In this document: positions 50,691 to 60,744 of the stretch, one piece after another
How the letters are laid out: the number at the start of each line of letters is the position of its first letter
Position numbering within the stretch: position 1 is the stretch's first letter
Source of the DNA: an uncultured bacterium
GTDB taxonomy: Bacteria; Margulisbacteria; WOR-1; CAVSGV01
Length of the DNA stretch: 64,000 nt
Direction of reading: 5' to 3'
Assembly (NCBI GenBank): GCA_963768305.1
Contig: CAVYHE010000009.1
Span: 64,001 to 128,000, forward strand
The notes under the pieces: model-generated
The model's database searches: none
The model's input: only the letters and a program-made list of their open reading frames with translations
What the model was told of the DNA's origin: nothing
Translations under genes and position numbers: made by a program

Positions 50691-51937
50691 TTTTGTTTCT
50701 TTGATTCCGACACGACCTTCATCGCGCAGAATTCGCCGCACATCGTGCAAGTATCCGTCATCTTGGATGTCGATCTGGCATCCCGTATTCTTTCCGCGGT
50801 TTCGGGATCGATGGAAAGATCTATCTGCTTTTCCCAATTAAGCGCTTTCCTTGCTTTTGACATTTCCATGTCCCACTCTCTGGCTCCCTTGATACCTTTC
50901 ACGATATCGCCGATGTGCGCTGCTATCCTCGCAGCAATAATGCCGTCTTTCACATCGTCCAAGTTTGGTAATCCGAGATGTTCTGATGGAGTAACATAGC
51001 ACAAGAAATCCGCTCCAGCCGCAGCGGCGATCGATCCTCCGATGGCGGATGTGAGGTGGTCCCATCCGGGGGCAACATCTGTTGGAAGCGGCCCAAGGAC
51101 ATAGAATGGGGCTCCCTTGCATATCTTTTTCTCAAGCTTTATCTGATCTTCGATCATGTCCAATGGAACGTGGCCCGGGCCTTCAATTATGACCTGAACG
51201 CCCGCTTTGCGCGCTCTCTTTGCCAGTTGCCCAAGCACCTTTAATTCGCCCATCTGGAGCATGTCGCCAGCATCAGCGATGCAGCCGGGCCTCATCCCGT
51301 CGCCAAGGCTCAGCGTTACGCCGTATTCCTTAGCGATATCCAGCAGCCGGTCATATTCCTCATACAGCGGATTTTCCCTTTCCCAAATGGTCATCCATTT
51401 ATATAAGAATGCGCCTCCCCTGCTGACCACGTCCGTGACTCGCTTTTTGCCTTCCAGCTTTTTTATCAGTGACCTGGTCACGCCGCAATGGATGGTCATG
51501 AAATCCACGCCTGATCTTGCGTGTTTCTCTATGACGCTGAACATTATATCCGCGGTCATTTTCTCGATAGAGCCGGCTTCGATCGCCGCCTGATATATCG
51601 GCACAGTACCGACCGGAACTGTTGAAGCATTGATTATCGCCTGACGAATTTCATCAAGATCTCCGCCGACCGAAAGGTCCATTATCGCATCGGCCTTGTT
51701 CTTAAGGCAGATATCCACTTTTTCAAGTTCGGTGGAGAGGTCGTTAAATTCCTTTGAGGTTCCGATATTCGCATTGACCTTTGTGCGCATGCCTTTTCCC
51801 ACAGCCATGGGATGGAGGGGTGAATGTATCATATTGTAAGGGATGGCGATCTCGCCGGACCTTAAACCTCTTAATATTGTCCCTTCGGGGACTTTTTCCA
51901 GGCGCGCGATCTCGCTGATGACCTTTTTATTGAACAT
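50687..51937 (-). CDS. thiC: Phosphomethylpyrimidine synthase
   Basis: TKVNANIG, GTVPIYQ, SRGG, SLGDGMRPG, EGPGHVP, CTMCGEFC. Confidence 0.95.
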   Translation of the reverse strand: MFNKKVISEIARLEKVPEGTILRGLRSGEIAIPYNMIHSPLHPMAVGKGMRTKVNANIGTSKEFNDLSTELEKVDICLKNKADAIMDLSVGGDLDEIRQAIINASTVPVGTVPIYQAAIEAGSIEKMTADIMFSVIEKHARSGVDFMTIHCGVTRSLIKKLEGKKRVTDVVSRGGAFLYKWMTIWERENPLYEEYDRLLDIAKEYGVTLSLGDGMRPGCIADAGDMLQMGELKVLGQLAKRARKAGVQVIIEGPGHVPLDMIEDQIKLEKKICKGAPFYVLGPLPTDVAPGWDHLTSAIGGSIAAAAGADFLCYVTPSEHLGLPNLDDVKDGIIAARIAAHIGDIVKGIKGAREWDMEMSKARKALNWEKQIDLSIDPETAERIRDARSTSKMTDTCTMCGEFCAMKVVSESKKQK

Positions 51938-51943
51938 TACGGG

Positions 51944-51972
51944 ATTTTAACACAAGCGGGAGTTGGCTTCAA
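51944..51972 (-). promoter_or_regulatory. Sigma70 promoter of thiC (leaderless-type spacing)
   Basis: TTGAAG-N17-TAAAAT with extended TG, 6 nt before the ATG. Confidence 0.6.
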
Positions 51973-51978
51973 TTGAAC

Positions 51979-52015
51979 AAAAAAAGCGGGCTTTTGGTTA
52001 TTATGCCCGCTTTTT
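51979..52015 (-). terminator. Intrinsic terminator after the SLH-barrel gene (possibly bidirectional)
   Basis: AAAAAGCGGGC-loop-GCCCGCTTTTTTT on the minus strand. Confidence 0.8.
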
Positions 52016-52034
52016 AAATTTGATTACTAAATCT

Positions 52035-54705
52035 TTACTGGAACGCGCTTGCGGCTTTCAGCTGCTTGATCTGCGCCTGCCCGAACTTGGTGTTCGCCAG
52101 CAATTCAGCAAGTTCAGCCCTTGTTACCGGCTTTCTGGCTTCGAAGTTCTGCCCTTTAAGGTAGCCCAGCATTCCGGAATCTTTCGCGGCGGCAACATAC
52201 CTGGATGACCATTCTTTCGCCGTCATATCAGGGAACGGGCCCGCAACGAGATTAAGAGGTAGCTGAGCATTGTCAAATTTCATCAGCGCGGCAACGGTTT
52301 CGGCCCTTGTCGCGGCTATGTTCGGCTCGAATTTGCCCGCCTTGCGCCCTGACATATATCCGGCTTCCACCGCCGTTTTTATGTACTGCGCCGCCCAGTA
52401 ATCCCTTGAAACATCGGCGTATCCGCCGTTATAGGTGCTCGAGGCGGGAAGCCTTTTTGCTTTCACAAGCAATGCCGCAAGTTCGGCCCTGGTAACAACT
52501 CTGTTAGGCTTGAATGTTCCGTCCGGGTATCCTGTCATCAAACCCGCGGTCGCAAGATATTTTATGGAATCTTTCGCGAATGCCCCTTCTCCCACGTCGG
52601 CGTATCCCTTTAGCTGTACCTGCTTGCCCGGCGCAGGAACTATGTCTCCGCCGCCAGCCACCGGCATTCCCGCCGTGCCGGATGTAGGCTCACTGTTCTG
52701 GATAACGTTCTCCGCGACAAGCGGAGAAGTGACCTCAGGAGCAAAGCCCACGGTCCAATCAGTAAGGTTGTCCGCGGACGCTTTCGCGTATTGCGTTTTC
52801 GAGAGCATCGACACGGCTTCCGCCCTGGTAAGCTCTCTCCTCGGCTCGAAATTATTGCCGTCTATGTAATCAAGCATTCCCGCGGTCTTTGCCGATGCTA
52901 TTAACGGCGATCCCCAATAGCTCGCGGAAAGGTCCGGATACGGAGGTGTGCTTAGCGAAGCTTGCGTCGGAAGTTCGCCGAACCTCGCCATTACCGCCAC
53001 GCCTTCCGCCCTGGTGATCCTGTTATTCGGCCTGAACGATCCGTCCGGATAACCTTTCACCAGTCCCAGGTCAAGAGCTTCTTTTACGTATCTTGCTGCC
53101 CAATGTGATGGGGCGATGTCGCCGAAAACGTTGGTCGAAACCGGAGGCGGCGGCTCTATGCCTTTACTCTTCACAAGAAGCGCGGCAAGTTCTGCCCTGG
53201 AAAGCGCCCTGTCCGGCATGAATGCGCCGCTCGGGTATCCTTCTATAAGGCCTTTGGTCGCCAGTTTCTCTATAGGCGCGGCCGCCCAGTAATCATCAGA
53301 AACATCGGCAAATTTCGTCAATCTCACGATCCTTATCGTGTGCTCTTCGGTCTTTCCGTTAATATCGGTCGCTATGACCGTCTCAAGATGCTTGCCGGTA
53401 GTGGAAACAGGCACGTTCATCGCGAATTCGCCGTTATCCGCTATCTTCACGTCCGCGGTATTTATCTGGAGTTTCGCTATACTCGCGGGATTCGACACTT
53501 TTCCTTTTATCGGGATGACGGACGAAGTTGTGAACGCCTTATCTTCGGGCGTCAGTTCCGAGATCATGGGGCCATTTTCAACGACAGGCGCGACCGCGAC
53601 AGGAGCTACGACCGCCGGTTTTACGGCCACCGGTTTTTCTTCAACCGGTTTCATCGCCATCGGCATTCCCACGTAAGAGATCGAAAAGTATTGTGACGAA
53701 GAACCCGGGATGTCAGTGAACTCCGGGCTATAAGCATAGTTAAACTCAATTCCCTGATAATTGAAGCCCAGTCCGAGAGTGATATTACTGAGATTGCCGT
53801 CCGGAGCGGGGATCTGATTCACTCCGGCCCTGAGGGTAAGCATCTTATTGATATTGGCGCCGAGTTGCGGCTGATATTCCACTCCCACATGGAGCGTTCC
53901 CGGAACTTCCCCTCTTATGCCCATGTCACAATCCATGGCCAGATTCAGGTTCGCGTCGCTCTGATAAAGCGCTCCGCCGTCCGACGCGTCCCCCATAAGC
54001 GCGGCTTCCGCGCCGATTTTCATGGCGGAGTCTATTGTATCGTCCTCTCCGTCGGGATAAGTCATTGCTCCCGCGATTATATTCTGCAGCGATAATCCGT
54101 ATGACATGTATCCTTTCGGCTTGTATAACAACCCGAGGTCGGCCGCGACGCCGCTTCCGCTGAGGTCCGATGCCCCTCCCTTGCCCGATGCGCTGTTCGT
54201 AATATATTTGATGGTATATCCGCCGTAAACGTCTTTTGCGCTCGGGATCAAATTTTTCCCGAGGTTCACGCCCTGAGACACGAAAAAGACATTTTCACCG
54301 TAAGAACCGTTACCTTCGGACGTTCCGTATATGTTATATAATGGTATGCTGCCGGTCGCCTGGCTTATCACTCCGACGCCGACGCTGCCAAGATCATCGC
54401 TTATCGGATACGCGCCGGATATCACGGTGTAGTTCACTTCATCAAGAAGGCTTGTGTACATGCTGGTAAGCTTTAATGAAGAGACCTCCCCGAGTCCCGC
54501 GGGATTAATGAAAACCGTTTCGGCGTTCTGGGCCACTCCGACATACGCGCTGCCCATGCCCATCGCTCTTGCGCCGACGGAAAGGTCCATCGGGTCCGCG
54601 GTAAGCGCGTAGGCCGAGCCGCAGGCGATGAAAACAACGGCGAATGCGAACATTAAAACAGATCGGATCGATCTTGATGTTGTAAATTATATTAAATGAT
54701 TGCAT
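52035..54705 (-). CDS. PorV/PorQ-like outer-membrane beta-barrel fused to an Ig-like domain and six SLH domains (probable +1 indel near the start)
   Basis: Signal peptide; VGARAMGMGSAY...VFINPAGL; beta strands ending YFSISY; six GYPxGxFxP..TRAE-type repeats; GGAGG RBS precedes ATG at 54705. Confidence 0.85.
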
Positions 54706-54745
54706 TAATTTTTCCTCCCGATCGAGTTCCCTTTATGACGCCATT

Positions 54746-54790
54746 CCCTCTCTATATATATATCGTCAATATTCATCGAAAATTTCACTT
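54746..54790 (-). promoter_or_regulatory. Sigma28-like promoter motif upstream of the SLH-barrel gene
   Basis: GAAA-N15-GACGATAT-ATATATAGAGAGGG; near-copy of 25554-25598. Confidence 0.6.
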
Positions 54791-56258
54791 TTTTATGACA
54801 AGTATTTTGGCCTTCGCGACCAGATTTCCGTTATCCACTACCATGATAAGGTATATTCCGTTATTCACTGTCCCGCCGTACGAAGACTGGCCGTCCCATG
54901 GGAGCCATGCTACCCCCGGCACCCCCACTCACATCTACAGTCACAGCTTTATCCTGATAAATGATCCTTCCGTTAGCGTCAAAGATGTATATGCTGACCG
55001 TATCTCCGATGGCTTTCGGTGCGAACAACATTTTTAGAGGATTATTCTTATCGTTCGGGTTGAACGGGTTCGGATAAGCCATCATTATTCCGCCGGCCTT
55101 TGCGTAGATCGCGTTGCCAGGAGGCGTGAATCCGCCGCCACCGCCACCGCCGGTGGATAGATTTACTGTGAATGCAACTGTTGGGGCCTCGCTTCCGGTT
55201 GTCACGGTAACGGTCCTTGACCCCGTTGCCGCAGAAGCATCAATAACAACATTGTTGCATGTTAAATGCGTCGCATCTGTCACACTTACACTGCCGACAG
55301 AGATGTTGCTTCCAAAGCTGACAGTTGTAGTGCCGCCGAAATGCGTGTTCGCACCGACTATTGCAACGCTGGTAATGGTTGCTCCCTGAGTTCCGCTACT
55401 CGGAGTAATGCTGGAGATAGTTGCAGCACCAACCGGGTTCACCGTGAATGCAACTGTTGGAATCTCACTTCCAGTTGTCACGGTAACGGTCCTTGACCCA
55501 GTTGCCGCAGAAACATCAATAACAACGTTGTTGCATGTTAAATGTGTCGCATCTGTAACACTGACACTGCCGACAGTGATATTGCTACCAAAGCTGACGG
55601 TCGTCGATCCGTTGACAAAATGCGTGTTCGTGCCGACTATTGCAACGGTGGGAACGGTCGTTCCTTGAGTCCCGTTATTTGGAGTAATGCTGGAGATTGC
55701 TGCGACTGGAACAACTGAAGTATTCGTTGAAAAAGTTGCAATTGAAAGTTCACTCGGAGTTCCTGGGAGTGGTGTAGTAGGATCTACAGTAAAAGTTGCC
55801 GAATTCCCGAAATAAGTTGCACCGGCAATCGTTGAAGCGTTCCACGCTCTTATATAAAATGTTCTTGTTCCTCCAGAACTTGCTGCCTGCTCAAATCCAA
55901 GATAAAACTTTCCAGCCATTGGAGGGCTTATCAAGCTACTATCATCTGTGCCAACTGCTTTTGTCCCAACAAGAACATCGTCCCCTCCAGGAGAGCCATC
56001 AGCATTAGGACTGTCTATTATGCCATTTGGTCCTACCCAAATGGCTTGTATAATACAATTTACAGGAAGCAGAGTAGAGTTATCGCTGTTTTTGACCACT
56101 CCACCGGACCACCATTCGCCATTATCGCAAATAGTTGCGAAATCGTAATAATACGACGCTGCAAATGCTGCCCTAGTGAACAACATAAAACCACAGAATA
56201 ACACCAACCCAATCGCCACCCCCTTAACAAATAACATTATTTTACTTTTCATTTTCAT
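54785..56258 (-). CDS. Secreted Ig/IPT-repeat protein with C-terminal T9SS-CTD/FlgD-Ig-like domain (+1 indel at ~54901)
   Basis: Signal peptide, two tandem Ig-like repeats, poly-Gly linker, YPNPFNP...IYIFDANGRII...WDG...NGIYLI...KAKILVIKK after correction. Confidence 0.8.
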
Positions 56259-56269
56259 CTCCTCCTTTT

Positions 56270-56296
56270 ATATCGACAAATTTTCAAATAATTTCA
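56270..56296 (-). promoter_or_regulatory. Weak sigma28-like motif upstream of the CTD protein
   Basis: TGAA-N15-GTCGATAT, very close to the RBS. Confidence 0.35.
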
Positions 56297-56320
56297 TACA
56301 TAACAACAACTCTGATTTTA

Positions 56321-59300
56321 TTAATAAGGTTTGGCATAAACCCAGTTTTCTAATCCTGCTTTCTGTTTGACAATAAAGTATCCTTTCCCAACCTCAAAAT
56401 TAGGTAAGCCTGTTGAAAACGTTAAATCAGTTTTTAGTAAGGCGAATCTCCAATTGACAGGAGGAGCATCGTAGCCCCAAACCCTATCCGCCGTATCTAC
56501 AGTGCCTGGTGTCAAAAGACTTCTTAAAGTCGCACATTCTGTTCCGTTTAGAGAAACGGCAACCGGGAATGTGGTCCCCACCATATTATTCCCCTGAAGG
56601 AGCGGGATTGTCCTTTCTCCACTACTTATTTTACCTACTATAGAAATAATTTTTGAGGAGGTATTATTATTGACAATCCAATACCCTTTATCTGCTTCAA
56701 TTGAAGCTAATTGACCAACCCAAACACCACTTGTGTTTAATAATGCAAATTGCCAAAGATTTATAGGATCGTAATGCCAAATTCTATCTCCTGTTTGAGC
56801 GCCACCCCCCGTTAATTGATTCCCAATGCAAGTATTTATGCTGATATCAAAAGGAATAACTGGGAGAGAAATTAAATTATTTCCAACGCTTATATTATAA
56901 TCAAATTTCCCCAGCACTTCCTGCGTCAGATCAGCAGTTGTTGGAGCTATCCCTTTGGGCATTATCTTATACCACTTGTTCGTTCCGCTGCCCACTTTTC
57001 CAGGAACTGAAGAATCGATCTGCGACGTGCCGGAAACATTTGGAAATTCATTCGTCCACGTAGCCGTAGTTGTTTCAAATGTCCCTGTTAATGTATAGAT
57101 ATCCACATTACCGGTGGAGCATATCCAGCTAAGCCCTATATTGCTCCCTACTGCATCGCCTTCGCGGGTGATAGATATATTTGTCACGGGTCCGGTGATC
57201 ACAGTCCCTACCGTAAAATCAACCAGATTGCTCGCATCATTGCTCGCCGTCACCTGCACCGGATATACTCCTGTGCCTAATGGCTGGCCTGAAGCATCAT
57301 TTGGAACGATGACATCGATCTCAGTCGAGCTCCAGGATGTCACATCGGTTGTCGGAACATTGGTCGTTCCGAACATCACGTGATACGATGCCGTATCCCT
57401 GTTCGAAATGTCGGAATGAAGCGGATCTAATGGATCATTTCCAAAATTGGAGCCGGTGATCTTAACGGATATTCCTGAAGATCCCGAAGGTTCAGATGAC
57501 GGGCTTATTAATGTTATTGTGGGCACTGCCGCGGACGAAACCGTGAAAGGAACTCCGTTGCTTGTCTGTCCACCGGCGGTAATGACCACGGGACCCGAAG
57601 TTGCCCCCGCAGGTACCTTCACCACTATCTCTTTGTCTGTCCATGACACCGGGGTCGTATTGCCAGCTGTTGGGAACGATATCGTGCCGCTGCTCCCGAA
57701 ACCGGACCCTTCTATTGTTATGAGCGTTCCCGTTGGGCCGGAGTTAGGCCCTAACTGATCAACTATAGGCCCGGTCCAAGCCACCGCGGTCACAAAATCA
57801 ATATAATTGTAATTCGAATTCGTATTGGTCCCATAATAATTGAACGAATAGTTCTGTATGCTCTTGCTGAAAACATCATCGTCTTTAACGGAACCGGAAT
57901 AATCATTCCTCCATAATCTGCTGAACGGTATCTTCACTTCCTGTGTGCTCAAGCTGTTGCTCAATGAATATTTATCCAATGAAACATACGGTTCTGGCTT
58001 GGCTCCGCTTTCCAGAACGGCCAACTGGATAGTATTTGCGCTGCCGTCCCCTTTCAATATGAACACGAACATGTTGCAGGAAGTAAGGTCGATAGGCTGG
58101 ACCGTGGACTTAAGTGCTCTCCCCCAGTACCCGCCCCACTGTGAAGAATTGGTAGCGCCGGGATAAATGGACTTCATTGAGTTTAGCCCGTCATAATAAG
58201 CTTCTGTTGTCGCTTCCGGAGTCGCGATCGTCACTTCTCCCGCATTTTTTGCGTTGGAATTAAAAAGGTCATACATACTGGTATTTTCATAATTATCGAT
58301 CATCTTTCCCGCTATCGGCATAAAGGTTTTATCGCTGTTGCTTGGCGAACTATTCACAGTTACAGTAACAGGAACAGAAGCGCCTGCCGTAAGCCCCGAA
58401 GGCGCCGGCTCCACTATCCTTGTATCTGTCCATAACTCAGGAGTGCCGGCAACGGTTGAATTGAACGTCACCGTGCTGGAACCCTGGCTGGCACCAAAAC
58501 CTGTGCCAGTTATGTCCACATAGGTCGTGAACGGAGCCGCGGCGAATGGACCCGAAATAGGAGCCACGCTTGTGACTGTAGCCGCCGGGCCGCCCAGAGA
58601 TCCATTTACCGTGAATGCATTGTTGCCCGGGACAACTTCGCTGCTGGTCGTAACAACAACATTCCTTGTTCCACCGGCCGCCGATGCGTCGATAGAGATA
58701 TTACATGTTAAATTTGTAGCGCTTGATGCAGCAATGTTGCTGACAGTGATGCCCTGTCCCATATCAATAGCTGTTGAGCTGCCAAAATGCGTGTTCGCTC
58801 CGACTATTGCAACACCGGTTAATGTCGCGCCTTTATCTCCGTTGTTGGGCGTAATACTGACGAAATAAGGAGATCCGGTCGTGTTCACAGTAAATTCATT
58901 TGTGCCTGTAACGGTCTCGCTGCCTGTTGTCACGACAACATTCCTTGCCCCTGTAGCCGCAGATGCGCCGATTGCGATATTACAGGTTAAATTTGTTCCA
59001 TCCGATGATGCGACAATGTTGCTGACAGTTATGCCAGATCCCCAGATCAACAGTGGTAGAGCTGCTGAAATGCGTGCTCGCTCCGACTATTTTTGCGCCG
59101 GTCAACGTGGATCCCTGATCGCAGATGTTCGGCGAAATAAACAGGATGGAAGGCTGTCCCGCCTGTGCCGGCGGCGATTGCATGTTAAAATTACCGCCAA
59201 AATTAGTTCCCGAGCTAGTCGCCCAGTTGGCGGTCACGGTCACTACAGCATTGCCGATGGCTACTCCCGCGGGAACAACACATTCTATTGTTGTATTGGA

Positions 59301-60734
59301 CCACGAAGTTATATTGTTATCGGAAAGCTGGATATTCCCAAATTTCACGTTATCTGAGAGTGAGTTTCTGTTCCCGAACCCCGGATCCGGCCCGAACGTT
59401 GTGCCGTTTATCGTGACCGCGGTTCCCACAGAGCCTGAAGAAGGAGTCAAAACACTAACATTCGGTTTAACCATGAAATATATATCTGTAGGCGCCTCCG
59501 AGCTGGCGGATGTTACGGCTACCAGCATATTTCCCGGCCACACGCCGGCGGGCACTTTGCATACTATCTGAGTGTCCGTCCAGGTAGTTACATCGGCATC
59601 CGCCACCTGGCATTTATTCTTCAACCCCGTGTCCGTGAAGATCACGTGATTAGTCGGCGTGCTTCTGCTTCCGGCCGGGATATTCCCCATCCCTGTGCCG
59701 GTAATCATCACCGTGTCTCCCGCTAACCCGGAGGAAGGAGCAACTGAAGAAATATCAAAGGCGCTCAAAGTGTAGCTCATTGCGTTGCTGCTTTGTCCGT
59801 TCACCGTGACTTTGACCTGATAATTTCCGGGCGCTAATCCAGCCGGGATCCTGCACCATATCTCGTTAGGAGTAACAGTATTGCACCATATATCACCTTT
59901 TGATTGATCAAAGATTATCGGAGTGGTAACGTTTGTAGCACTGGTGAATGTCACCGTGCTTGTCCCCTGCGTCCCGCCAAATCCTGAGCCGAAAAGCACT
60001 ACCTGATCGCCGGGCGCTCCGGAAGTGGGAGCAGCCATATTGGTTAGCGTTAGCGATGGCGTTGCAGTGGAAAGAACTTTATATTGATCTCCCGGCGCAT
60101 TTATCGGGCTTTGGCCGGCAGATGTTGTCACTCTTATATCATATGTTGTTCCGACTGATAACCCGCTCGGGATCGAAATCCCATTTATCAATGTGGAGCT
60201 TGAGACAGTATATCCGGTTATTGGAGTTGACCCGACCACTATACTTGTAACATTGGAAAAATCCGTTCCTGTGATCGCTATCCCCGTATTAGGCGATAGT
60301 CCGCTTGATGGAGATACTCCTGTAACAGTCGGAATTCCAGGCGCATTGACCGTGTAGGTCATTGCATTGCTGCTCTGTCCGTACACTGTCACTGTTACCT
60401 GATAATTTCCGGGCGTCAATCCTGCCGGGATCCTGCACCATATCTCGTTAGGAGTAACAGTATTGCACCATATATCACCTTTTGATTGATCAAAAGTTAT
60501 CGGGGTAGCAATCTGGGCCGCGCTGGTGAATATCACCTCGCTTGTTCCCTGTGTCCCGCCGAATCCCGAGCCGAAAAGCACCACCTGATCGCCGGGCGCT
60601 CCGGAAGTCGGAGCTAATGTGCCTATCGTTGGCGCGGCCGCAAATGCCGGGACCGCAAGGGCGCACAGGACAACGAACAGGATGCCCGCAAGAGATCCCT
60701 TTTTCAGCCAGACACCATCATGTAATGTTTTCAT
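56321..60734 (-). CDS. Large secreted IPT/TIG-repeat protein with CBM-like domain (~1470 aa; +1 indel at ~59041 splits two ORFs)
   Basis: Signal peptide; many P.SG..G..V.I.G.GFG...W.DT.I...VP repeats; IDNYE...LKGDGS...KIPFS CBM11-like domain; deleting one G joins VDLG-SGITVSN. Confidence 0.8.
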
Positions 60735-60744
60735 TGCCCTCTCC

